Below, in pieces: positions 45,379-54,840 of a DNA stretch of 64,000 bases. Origin of the DNA: Balneolaceae bacterium (GTDB lineage: Bacteria > Bacteroidota > Rhodothermia > Balneolales > Balneolaceae); the NCBI GenBank assembly GCA_017643365.1, contig JAEPNO010000004.1:77085-141084 (forward strand), given 5' to 3'. The first letter of the stretch is position 1; each line of letters opens with the position of its first letter. The notes below the pieces were generated by a model, which was not told the DNA's origin, did not search any database, and saw nothing but the letters and a program-made list of their open reading frames with translations. The position numbers were made by a program, and so were the translations under genes.

Positions 45379-48300
45379 TTCTTCAAACTCCTTTTGAGGT
45401 TAATTTCTTTCCAAAAAGCGTAGAGCACCGGCACTACAAAAAGTGTGATAATCTGTAGCATCATCCCGCCAACACTTGGAATAGCCATGGGAACCATGAT
45501 ATCAGCGCCGCGCCCGGTTGAGGTTAGCACAGGCAAAAGTGCCAAAATGGTAGTAGCGGTGGTCATCAAGGTCGGACGAATTCTTCTTGAACTCGCTTCA
45601 ATAACTACTGCTTTGATCGATTCTTTAGATTGAGGATTCTTTTTATCGAACAATTGGTCGAGGTAGGTAGCCATAACCACTCCGCCATCAGACGCGATGC
45701 CGAACAACGCGATAAAACCAACCCAAACGGCAACACTTAGGTTGATGGATCCCATTTGGAAGAGATCACGCATATTCTGGCCGAACAGTTCAAAATTCAA
45801 AAACCAGGGCTCGCCGTACAACCACACCAAAATAAATCCCCCGGCCCAGGCCACAAAAATGGAGGTGAAAATCATGCCCGTAGTGGCCGCAGATTTAAAC
45901 TGAAAATACATCACCAGAAAAATGGCCAGCAGAGCGATAGGTAAAATTATACCGAGGCGTTTCTCTGCCCGAACCTGATTTTCATAATTTCCTGCAAACT
46001 CAAAACTGATTCCGGGAGGCACCACTAGAGAACCATCATCGATAAATTGCTGAATAGTTTGCTGTGCATTTTCAACTACTTCTACTTCTGCAAAGGCATC
46101 CGTTTTATCAAAAATAACGTAGCCAATCAGGAAAGTATCTTCACTTTTAATGGCTTGTGGACCTCGTCGAAATTCGATGTTTGCCAATTGTGAAAGTGGA
46201 ATCTGAGTTCCGGTTTTGGTAGGCACTAATAACTCAGAAATTGCTTCCGGACTGTCTCTGAATTCTCGGGCAAATCGAACCCGAATAGGATATCGCTCTC
46301 TGCCTTCGTTGGAAGTTGAAACCGGCATCCCGCCAATACCAACGGTAACAAAATGCTGCACATCCTGCATGGTAAGTCCGTAACGCGCAAGTTGTTCTCG
46401 ATTCCAATCGATTTCTAAATAGGGCTTGCCAACAATTCGATCAGCAAAAACAGACGATGGATTGACGCCCGGAGTTTGTTTCAGTGCTTCCTCGAGTTGA
46501 AGTCCGAATGCTTCGATGGTTTCCAGGTCGGGGCCTTTTACTTTAATCCCCATCGGAGCTCTCATTCCTGATTGGAGCATCACCAAACGCGTTTGGATGG
46601 GCTGCAATTTTGGAGCTGAAGTGGTGCCCGGAATCTTGGCTGCAGCTATGATTTCATTCCAAATATCATCGGGAGATTGAATATGATCTCGCCATTGTCG
46701 GTAGTACTTTCCATCAGAATCGGGAATCAACTCACCTGCTCCATCGAATACAAACTCGCCATTTTCATCAACTTTAAAACGAATTCTTCGACCGTCTGCA
46801 TCTGTTTTATATTCCGATTTATATTCGATCAGATTTTCATACATCGAGATGGGAGCGGGGTCGAGGGCAGAATTGGTGCGTCCCATTTTACCAACCACGT
46901 ATTCAACTTCAGGAATAGCGGAAACGGCCATATCGATTTTTTGCATCACGTCCATGGCTTCTTCTACACCGGCATGAGGCATGGTGGTTGGCATCAGCAG
47001 GAATGCGCCTTCATCCAAAGCAGGCATAAATTCTTTGCCAAGACCGGGGAATTTTTCTTCAACCGTCGACCAAGCTCGTGTGTTTTCTAGTCCGGTTTTT
47101 CCGATGAAGTTGAAAACAGAGCCAAAGCCCAGCCATATAACCACGCCTAGCATCACTAAAAAAGTAGGGATGGATAAAAAGGCGATTTTGTGATCCAGGC
47201 ACCACGAAATGAGCGTTTCGTAGTATCGAATCACCACCCAGAAAATGGCTAAGATCAAGCCAATCAACAGAATTACGAAGAATAAATTCCAGCTGAAGGC
47301 AGCAGCGGGTCCGAGTGGAAGCCAATATTGAGTAAGGAGCCAGGTTACAATAATCACACTCAAGGCATTATTTAGGAAAATGGCTTTTTTACTATAGTCT
47401 TGGTCCAGAAATACCGTCAGTCCGTTAATCACTCCAAAGCTCATGATGGCAAATCCAGCCCAAATTGGTCCAACAAAAAGTATTACGATTCCTCCAAATA
47501 CTAAAAGAGCGTTCCAGCAAAATTTAATCCATCGTTTTTGAATGCGGAACGAAAATAACCAGTGCGCAAATGGAGGGATAAGTGTGATGGCAATGATGAT
47601 GGAAGCAATAAGCGCGAAGGTTTTAGTGTAGGCCAGCGGTTTGAACAATTTACCCTCGGAAGCCACCATCGTAAAAACGGGCAGAAAACTAATGATAGTT
47701 GTGGTTACCGCAGTCAACACAGCCGAAGCAACTTCGGTGGTTGCGGTGTAAATGACTTCAAGCAATGATTCTTGGTCGGTCTTATTTTCGATGTGCCGCA
47801 GCATATTCTCAGACAGAATCACACCCATATCTACGATAGTTCCGATTGCGATGGCAATTCCGGAAAGTGCCACGATGTTTGCATCTACCCCCCCGTATTT
47901 CATGGCGATGAAGGTCATGAGCACCGCGATGGGCAACATCGCCGAAATGAGGAAAGAAGTGCGCAAATTCATCACCATGATCACAATTACGATGATGGTG
48001 ATTAGTATTTGAAGCGTAAGTGCTTCCTCTAAAGTGCCTAAGGTTTCGCCTATCAATTCTGAGCGGTCGTAAAAGGGCACGATCGTGACTTTAGAAGTTC
48101 GTCCATCGACCAATTCTTTGGAGGGTAAACCCGCACTTATTTCTTCGATCTTGGCTTTAACATTATCAATAACTGCCTGGGGATTTGCTCCCTGCCTTGC
48201 AACTACCACAGCGCCAACTGCTTCGGCTCCGGCTTTGTCTAAGGCTCCACGCCGCATCGCCGGACCCATGGTAACGAAAGCCACATCTTTGAGTCTGATG

Positions 48301-49118
48301 GGCGTGTTATCTACAACTTTTACTACCGATTGTTCAAGATCATCCAGGCTTTGAATGTATCCTAATCCACGAACCAGATATTCAGCATTATTGAGCTCGA
48401 TGGTACGTGCGCCCACATCCACATTGCTTTTTCGAACAGCATCAAAAATCTCGGTAAGCGAAATCCCATAATTTTGTAGTGTGATTGGGCTCACTTCTAT
48501 TTGATATTCCTTCACAAATCCGCCGATTGGAGCAACTTCGGCTACACCCTGAGCGCCAGAAAGCGCGTAGCCAACAAAATAATCCTGAATGGATCTTAAT
48601 TCCTGTAAATCCCAACCACCGGCAGGTTTCCCCTATGCATCGCGACCTTCAAGTGTGTACCAGAAAACTTGTCCTAGTGCAGTGGCATCAGGTCCTAAAG
48701 CCGGTTGAACGCCATCGGGGAGAGTACCGCCCGGTAAAGAGTTTAATTTTTCGAGAATACGTGAACGACTCCAGTAGAACTCGACATCCTCTTCAAAAAT
48801 CACATAAATGCTAGAAAAGCCCAAGATTGAAGAACTGCGAATCGTTTTTACTCCTGGAACGGTGAGCAACTGAGTGGTTAAAGGATAGGTGATCTGATCC
48901 TCCACATCCTGTGGCGATTGACCGGCCCATTCGGTGTATACAATTTGTTGATTTTCGCCCAGATCAGGAATGGCATCGACCGGAACGGGGTCGCTGGGCA
49001 GGGCTCCAATATTCCAGCCGAAAGGTGAAACAACCATTCCCCAGCCTACCAGAAGCAAGAGCAGGAGAACAGCAACGAGCTTGTTCTCGAGAAAGAAACG
49101 TATGGTTTTATTAAGCAT
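45375..49118 (-). pseudogene. CusA/CzcA-family heavy-metal RND efflux pump interrupted by one in-frame TAG (codon 162 of about 1247)
   Basis: ORFs 48633..49118 and 45375..48515 are in the same frame (48635-48515=120). The 39 codons between them translate as GKPAGGWDLQELRSIQDYFVGYALSGAQGVAEVAPIGGF, which continues the RND sequence into VKEYQIEV. Confidence 0.8.
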
Positions 49119-49236
49119 GATTTGTTGATTTAGCCAAGGCTGAAATTATCAGCAGATGTAAGAATTCCGAGGCGCAGAATAATCCTGAATGGTGGACAAT
49201 CTTAGCAGGAAGTAGTTCAGAGATTGAACGTAGTGG

Positions 49237-49530
49237 CTAGATCAGAAAGGCTTCGTTGGAGAGAAAGAGAGAGGGCGGTGAATAGGACGCAGAATTCCAA
49301 AGGGGAGGAGGAAAAGCTTCGTTTGAATCAGAAAGCGTAAGAATTTCGATCAAGAGATCGCTAGAAATCTGAGCTTTTAGAGTCAATGTTTGTGTTAAAA
49401 CCGTTGACGGCGGGATATCAGATTTTTGTGTGATGATGCAATTACAATCGATATTGATGGAGCAATGTTCTGAACCATCATCAGTAGTTGGCTTTTCCGC
49501 GGAAGCATTAGTGCTATCGCAATGAGCCAT
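49237..49530 (-). CDS. Hypothetical Cys/His- and Ser-rich 97-aa ORF between the Met-rich micro-ORF and the pump gene
   Basis: This is an ORF-track entry containing HCD and HCSINIDCNC clusters. It has no signal peptide and a low-complexity tail, so its coding status is uncertain. Confidence 0.3.
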   Translation of the reverse strand: MAHCDSTNASAEKPTTDDGSEHCSINIDCNCIITQKSDIPPSTVLTQTLTLKAQISSDLLIEILTLSDSNEAFPPPLWNSASYSPPSLFLSNEAFLI

Positions 49531-49542
49531 CGAATCGGTTTG

Positions 49543-49719
49543 CTAAGTATTCATTTCAGCATGCAAACTCATTTCGGAGTGCATTTGCATCATAGAGCTT
49601 GTCTCCGACATATCCATTCCGCACCAAAGCATCATTGCCTGGGCAGGAACAATCATGGTAACGCTTAAGACGATACTTAAAATTGTAAGTAATCCGGTAT
49701 GTGATCGAAGAATTTTCAC
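49543..49719 (-). CDS. Unannotated 58-codon ORF: signal peptide plus Met-rich peptide
   Basis: Hand translation from the GTG at 49719 gives VKILRSHTGLLTILSIVLSVTMIVPAQA|MMLWCGMDMSETSSMMQMHSEMSLHAEMNT, ending at TAG 49543-49545. It is too short for the ORF track and sits first in the metal operon. Confidence 0.45.
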   Translation of the reverse strand: MKILRSHTGLLTILSIVLSVTMIVPAQAMMLWCGMDMSETSSMMQMHSEMSLHAEMNT

Positions 49720-49811
49720 GAAGCGAATGTAGTAAATCTAAACGTCAAGCTCCATCATCCGAAAAATCTTATACGCTTTTGTGATAAAAATGTACATGGC
49801 GAGAAAAGAAT

Positions 49812-49836
49812 GGTTCCAACGCAGAGCATTGGAACC
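49812..49836. repeat. Hairpin related to the palindromic repeat family
   Basis: GGTTCCAA-cgcagagca-TTGGAACC has an 8-bp stem. Confidence 0.6.
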
Positions 49837-49847
49837 GGATGATGAAT

Positions 49848-49913
49848 AACCTTACTAGGGTTTTAAACCCTAGTAAGGTTGGTAAGATAAAAGTTTTAAA
49901 CCTTGGCAAGGTT
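49848..49913. repeat. Nested palindromic intergenic repeat, copies at the right edge of the metal block
   Basis: A perfect 15-bp-arm palindrome, AACCTTACTAGGGTT-TTA-AACCCTAGTAAGGTT, lies at 49848-49880. AACCTTGGCAAGGTT lies at 49899-49913. Confidence 0.85.
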
Positions 49914-49933
49914 GGAAAAAGAGATTGGAAACT

Positions 49934-52423
49934 CTATTTAATCAAGGTCATCTTTTTAACCACAGCGCTGTTTGGGGTGGTTAAACGATAGAGATACACT
50001 CCGCTTGATAGTGAAGATGCATCAAAACTGATGGAATGGAATCCTTCTGATTGATGACCGTCGACCAAGGTGGCTACTTCGCGACCTAGCATATCATACA
50101 CTTTAAGGCTGACGATTCCTGCATCCGGTAACCCAAAGTTAATATTGGTACTTGGATTGAATGGATTTGGGTAATTCTGATCCAAAGAAAGCTGAGTTGG
50201 TATTTCAGAACCAACTTGCTCGTTCGAAGTAGCTAGCCCTTGATTTACCGCACGTAAATCATCAAAAATTAAAAAACCAAATTCAGGGCTTCCGGGCGTG
50301 TATGTTACCTGGTAACTATCCACATACACATTCCCGTTTATCACGCCGTTGCCATTTGCCCAACCGAAAACGCTGTCTTGCGCCATATCCCAACTGAGCA
50401 GTTTCCAACCTAGCCAGTCAACGGTGTACCATTCACTGCCTTCCAATTGGCTGTTAGAATCGCGAACCATAAATCTGATTTTATTGCCACTTCCATCACC
50501 AAATACATAAGATTGTAGGATTTTGGTGTTGGAGAATCTGGGGAGGCCAACATGCCGGTATTCGCGAATCAAATGACTTGTAACATCGGTATCGAAACCG
50601 TAATTCAATTTTAAGGCACCGGTACTTTCGGTAAGCACATTCACTATTTCAGTAGATGCTTCCATTGATGTTTCGTTTGGAGTATAGCCGGTTGTGCTTC
50701 CACTTTGCGATGGTTGCCACCAAGAGCCTACACCTGCATCGAAATGATCGACACTTGTGATGTTATTGAATTCTTGATCGCCGGTTGGGAATGTGCGGAT
50801 GACATCAGATCCTATGGCGTTTCCAACGGTATCGCTGATGGCACCGGATAGTTCAATTTTGTAATTCGAATTTTTATCCAATCGCTCAGAAGGGAAGAAA
50901 TTGAGTACGCTTTTGTCGCCTACTACATAATACTTAACGGTGCCCGGAACAACGTATGTGCCTTTACGCAACTCGATCATACTTTCGATGGATGTAGTAT
51001 CAAGTTGTTCGCTAAACGTAGCACTAACAATAGGATTCAACTCACTGAATCTTGTATTGGTTGGATAAATATAGGAAACCGTAGGGGCAATGATATCTTC
51101 CTGACCGGTATCAAATTCAAGTACAAAAGTACCGCCTTGCTCACCGTCGTTATCTCCATCAAGTTTGTGCGCAAATGGCGAGCTATCAATAGCCATAGAA
51201 TCGATGGTTAAGATGTAGCTACTTTCGAAATCAAAATCACCAGTGGTTATAGTAAGTTCGTTGCCGGCGCTATTCCAGCTTCTAAACCAATCAGCTGTTG
51301 GTAACAAATTGATAGCAGAATCAACCGAGGCAGTGTTCATAGCTCGGCTAAAAGTGATCACCAAATCCTCACCCGGATTTATACTCCCATCTTCACCAAT
51401 GGTTGTTTCAACAACAAATGGTGCAACGCTTGAAATGAGGGAAACATCGGTAAACGTAAACTCGGTAGAGTCAATTTTTATGCCAACGGTATCGCTGTAA
51501 AATCCTTCAGCCTGAACGATTAACTGAGCAGAATCGATGGGGAGATTTTCGAGATAGTAAAACCCATTTTTAAGATCCTCGGGATCGGAAGTGTACTGAT
51601 TGAATAAAGATTCGAAGGTATCGGTAGTGTAGCTGGAATCGCCAATACTTACGGTTGCTCCGTTAAGTGGGGCGTTGTTATCAAAATTAGTGATAAAACC
51701 GGCAGCAATTCCTTTTTGTGGACGCTCAACACCAAGATATTCCAGAGTAACCCAGAAAAAAGACTGAGCTTCAAGTCGTTTCCACTCGGCATTCAGGTTG
51801 CGCATTTGCTGATCAGGATTGGTATGGAAACCCGACTCACTCACCACAGATGCCATATCGGTTGTTCGGTTTACAAATAGGTAAGGCCACTGATTGGTAT
51901 GATGATTTACATTAGCACCCTGATAGAAATTCCGATCGGCCCAGTTACCAATGGTTGGAATACGCATCGAGTTTGTATGTATATCTTCCATGATGTCGCC
52001 CATTGCCTTGCCGCCTTTTGGAGTCTTCTCGACCGTTTGCCCGTTCGATCTCCAGCCACCGTACAAAAATAAGGTGTTATTCGTTGTGCTTGATCCTGCA
52101 TTACTATGAATTGAGTGAAAGAAATCAGGTGCGAGAGAATTGGCTAAATCGGTTCGCTGCGATAATGAAACCAACTGGCTGTCGTTGGTTCGGCTCATAT
52201 AAACCGTGTCGATATCGGTTTGAGAGAGTAACATTTCACGAAGCGCTAATCCAACACGTAGTACTTTTTGAGCTTCCGAATAATTGTATAAACCTTGATT
52301 TTCTGTACGGCTGTGTCCCGGATCTAAAAACAAGCTAAAGCCTTCTAAGCCGGTTACGTCTTGAGCCTGCAAAGGGCTCGCTGCGTAAATAAATGCGAAT
52401 AGTATTGCGATGAATTTTTTCAT
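49934..52423 (-). CDS. T9SS-secreted multidomain protein with an N-terminal N-acetylmuramoyl-L-alanine amidase (Amidase_3-like) domain
   Basis: Signal peptide, then LFLDPGHSRTE...DFFHSIHSNAG (amidase), a CarboxypepD_reg-like segment and Ig-like repeats. The C-terminus reads LDQNYPNPFNPSTNINF...KMTLIK. Confidence 0.8.
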   Translation of the reverse strand: MKKFIAILFAFIYAASPLQAQDVTGLEGFSLFLDPGHSRTENQGLYNYSEAQKVLRVGLALREMLLSQTDIDTVYMSRTNDSQLVSLSQRTDLANSLAPDFFHSIHSNAGSSTTNNTLFLYGGWRSNGQTVEKTPKGGKAMGDIMEDIHTNSMRIPTIGNWADRNFYQGANVNHHTNQWPYLFVNRTTDMASVVSESGFHTNPDQQMRNLNAEWKRLEAQSFFWVTLEYLGVERPQKGIAAGFITNFDNNAPLNGATVSIGDSSYTTDTFESLFNQYTSDPEDLKNGFYYLENLPIDSAQLIVQAEGFYSDTVGIKIDSTEFTFTDVSLISSVAPFVVETTIGEDGSINPGEDLVITFSRAMNTASVDSAINLLPTADWFRSWNSAGNELTITTGDFDFESSYILTIDSMAIDSSPFAHKLDGDNDGEQGGTFVLEFDTGQEDIIAPTVSYIYPTNTRFSELNPIVSATFSEQLDTTSIESMIELRKGTYVVPGTVKYYVVGDKSVLNFFPSERLDKNSNYKIELSGAISDTVGNAIGSDVIRTFPTGDQEFNNITSVDHFDAGVGSWWQPSQSGSTTGYTPNETSMEASTEIVNVLTESTGALKLNYGFDTDVTSHLIREYRHVGLPRFSNTKILQSYVFGDGSGNKIRFMVRDSNSQLEGSEWYTVDWLGWKLLSWDMAQDSVFGWANGNGVINGNVYVDSYQVTYTPGSPEFGFLIFDDLRAVNQGLATSNEQVGSEIPTQLSLDQNYPNPFNPSTNINFGLPDAGIVSLKVYDMLGREVATLVDGHQSEGFHSISFDASSLSSGVYLYRLTTPNSAVVKKMTLIK

Positions 52424-52455
52424 AAAAACTTAAGATGATGAAATTGCAAGTGAGC

Positions 52456-53415
52456 TTACTGCTTATTGATAGTGAGTAAATAAATATTGCCTGTTTCAGG
52501 ACTATCGAAAACGATTCGATTTCCATCCGGAGACCAATCAGGATTGGTTGCTACCAAGTTGGTGTTTTCGGTTAGATTGATTCGAGCATCGTTATTTACC
52601 CCAAAGGCATAAACATCAGATTCTGAATACGAATACCCATCATCTTTGGCGATCATTGCAACTACGTACTCACTATCGGGCGACCATCTTGGGCGATTTG
52701 CTCTACCGAGATCTTTCAAACCGGTGCCATCAATATTCATCACATAAAGATTTCCGCCATACACTTCAAAAGCGAGCTTGGAGCCATCAGGTGATAACTC
52801 AAGATTGATGTATTGGGCATCCTCGAAAGGGGAGATATCAGACGTTGAGTTTTCAGGAATACGACCCGTAGCGATGCTTCCAGACTTTAACACGTAAAAG
52901 CGCTGATTTACCGCTTTTTGTGCTCCGGGAGCTATTTCCTTGCCCGATTTAAACGACTCGATATTATCGTCGGTAATTAAAACGATATGTTGATCTGAAT
53001 TGGTCCATTTTGGCACCGCTGTCATTCTATTTCTAAATTCTGTGATTCGCTCGGGTGTGCCGGGTTCGATATCATACACGGTAACTGCGTGCTTTCGTCT
53101 CCGATCTTCATATTCCGAAACTCTTGATAGAATGGATTTCGAATCACTAGACCATGAATACCCAAAACCGGCAGTTTCGCTGGTAATTTGTTTGGTTTGA
53201 TTGGTTGATAAATCGAACACCCAAAGTCCACTATTACGGGCTGAGGTATAAGCGATTAACTGGCCGTTTGGAGCCCATTTGGGATTCATAAGCTCAGAAT
53301 CTGAACTGCTTACCAGTACTTCGGGCTCACCAACTACCGAAATTTGTGCGTTCGCTTGTAGCGCTAAGAATGCAAAAACGGTAAGTGTAAAGGTTAGTTT
53401 TGTGATGTATTTCAT
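52456..53415 (-). CDS. TolB-like PD40 beta-propeller repeat protein
   Basis: Signal peptide plus repeated W(S/A)P(D/N)G motifs: WAPNGQLIAY, SPDGSKLAF, WSPDSEYVV and WSPDGNRIVF. Confidence 0.75.
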   Translation of the reverse strand: MKYITKLTFTLTVFAFLALQANAQISVVGEPEVLVSSSDSELMNPKWAPNGQLIAYTSARNSGLWVFDLSTNQTKQITSETAGFGYSWSSDSKSILSRVSEYEDRRRKHAVTVYDIEPGTPERITEFRNRMTAVPKWTNSDQHIVLITDDNIESFKSGKEIAPGAQKAVNQRFYVLKSGSIATGRIPENSTSDISPFEDAQYINLELSPDGSKLAFEVYGGNLYVMNIDGTGLKDLGRANRPRWSPDSEYVVAMIAKDDGYSYSESDVYAFGVNNDARINLTENTNLVATNPDWSPDGNRIVFDSPETGNIYLLTINKQ

Positions 53416-53538
53416 GTAGTTACTTCATTGAATTTATAGTCGTTATTTGGATGCATTTCGCACGATTACAAGGTATAAAACGAGCTACTTAGCAATTATC
53501 AAAATTGGTAATTATAGACGTACCAAAGTGTATGTCGA

Positions 53539-54831
53539 TTATTCCTCATCCTTCTTTTTCCCGAAATCCGGATCAATTTTAACAAAAGGCGTGAGTACAA
53601 AAATTGGGATCGATGAAATCAACACCCAAATGAAAAACTGCTCATAGCCAACCATTTCCTGGATAAAGCCACTAACCGCTCCTGATAACGACATTCCAAG
53701 TGCCATTAGTGCAGTTCCAAAGGCATAATGAGCCGTTTTGTAATTTCCGCGAGCGATGTAAATCAAGTACATCAAAAAGGCAGCAAAACCGAAGCCATAG
53801 CCGAATTTTTCAATACTCACCAGTGAGCTGATCAACCAGTATGATTCCGGCTGAGTGCTTGCCATGTACCAATAGGCGGCATTGGGTAAATTCATGATTA
53901 TGATCATGGGCCAGAGCCATGCTTTTAAACCGTGGCGAGAAATTACCACCCCACCTAAAATTCCACCGATTGTAAGTGCGATTAAGCCAAATGTTCCGTT
54001 GATAATCCCAACGTCGGTAACGGTAAGTCCGAGTCCACCCGCATCACGAGCATCTAACAAAAATGGGGCTGCAAGTTTCACAAGTTGTCCTTCGCCCAAA
54101 CGATATAACAACACAAAAAGGATTGCTAGAATGATCTGTTCCTTTTTAAAGAAGTCGACAAAAGTCTTTGCAATAGCTTGAAAAGGTGACTCTCCTTCAG
54201 TTTTAACCGCATAATCAGAATCGGGAGCAGGAAGCATGAATCGATGGTAAAACGACATCAAAAACATGAGTACTGCTACAATTCCCAAAATCGAAATCCA
54301 CGAGAAAGTAGAACTTCCGCTTTTAGTTGCGATCACACCTGCAAGAACCACAAATAAGCCCTCACCGCTTATCATCGCTAATCGGAAGAAGGTCGATCGA
54401 ATCCCAACAAAAAAGGATTGTTTGTCATCGCTCAGGGCAAGCATATAAAAACCATCGGCGGCAATATCGTGGGTGGAAGAACTGAAAGCAGCAATGAATA
54501 AGAAGAAGAGCGAAGCCTCGAAAAAGTACGGTGTGCCCAAAGTAAGTGCTGCACCTGCAAATGAAATCGAAATTACAGCTTGCATGGTGTAGGTCCACCA
54601 GCGCTTGGTTTTGTAAATGTCGATGAAAGGACTCCAAGCCGGTTTAAATGCCCATGGCAACGACAATAAACTGGTATAGAACGCGATTTCGGAATTTGAA
54701 ATCCCCAAATCTTTGTACATAATTACCGAAACGGTAACAATAATCACATATGGGATTCCCTGCGTGTAGTAAAGCGATGGAATCCACGACCACACATTTT
54801 TTTTGAACTCAGATATAGAAAATGTACTCAA
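53539..54831 (-). CDS. ampG: AmpG-family muropeptide MFS permease
   Basis: 430 aa with a TTG start. LYYTQGIPYV and LSLPWAFKPAWSPFID are AmpG-like N-terminal motifs. 12-TM-type profile. Confidence 0.75.
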   Translation of the reverse strand: MSTFSISEFKKNVWSWIPSLYYTQGIPYVIIVTVSVIMYKDLGISNSEIAFYTSLLSLPWAFKPAWSPFIDIYKTKRWWTYTMQAVISISFAGAALTLGTPYFFEASLFFLFIAAFSSSTHDIAADGFYMLALSDDKQSFFVGIRSTFFRLAMISGEGLFVVLAGVIATKSGSSTFSWISILGIVAVLMFLMSFYHRFMLPAPDSDYAVKTEGESPFQAIAKTFVDFFKKEQIILAILFVLLYRLGEGQLVKLAAPFLLDARDAGGLGLTVTDVGIINGTFGLIALTIGGILGGVVISRHGLKAWLWPMIIIMNLPNAAYWYMASTQPESYWLISSLVSIEKFGYGFGFAAFLMYLIYIARGNYKTAHYAFGTALMALGMSLSGAVSGFIQEMVGYEQFFIWVLISSIPIFVLTPFVKIDPDFGKKKDEE

Positions 54832-54840
54832 GAAAAAACC

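Noticed and set aside
48633-48635. The in-frame TAG in the pump gene as programmed recoding (pyrrolysine or reassigned stop).
   Set aside because: TAG terminates several well-defined genes in this window (for example at 25336-25338, 49934-49936 and 49543-49545). No pyl genes are seen and this lineage is not known to use Pyl. A nonsense mutation or sequence error is more parsimonious.
45445-48814. Numerous 61-137-aa plus- and minus-strand ORFs inside the RND pump gene.
   Set aside because: All overlap the strongly supported pump reading frame and show no motifs. They are typical antisense or off-frame shadows in a long gene.
38781-49933. The metal block as a recognisable mobile element (ICE, transposon or integron).
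   Set aside because: There is no integrase, transposase, relaxase, tRNA attachment site or long terminal repeat. Only the short palindromic repeats flank it, so I report it as a possible insertion rather than a mobile element.
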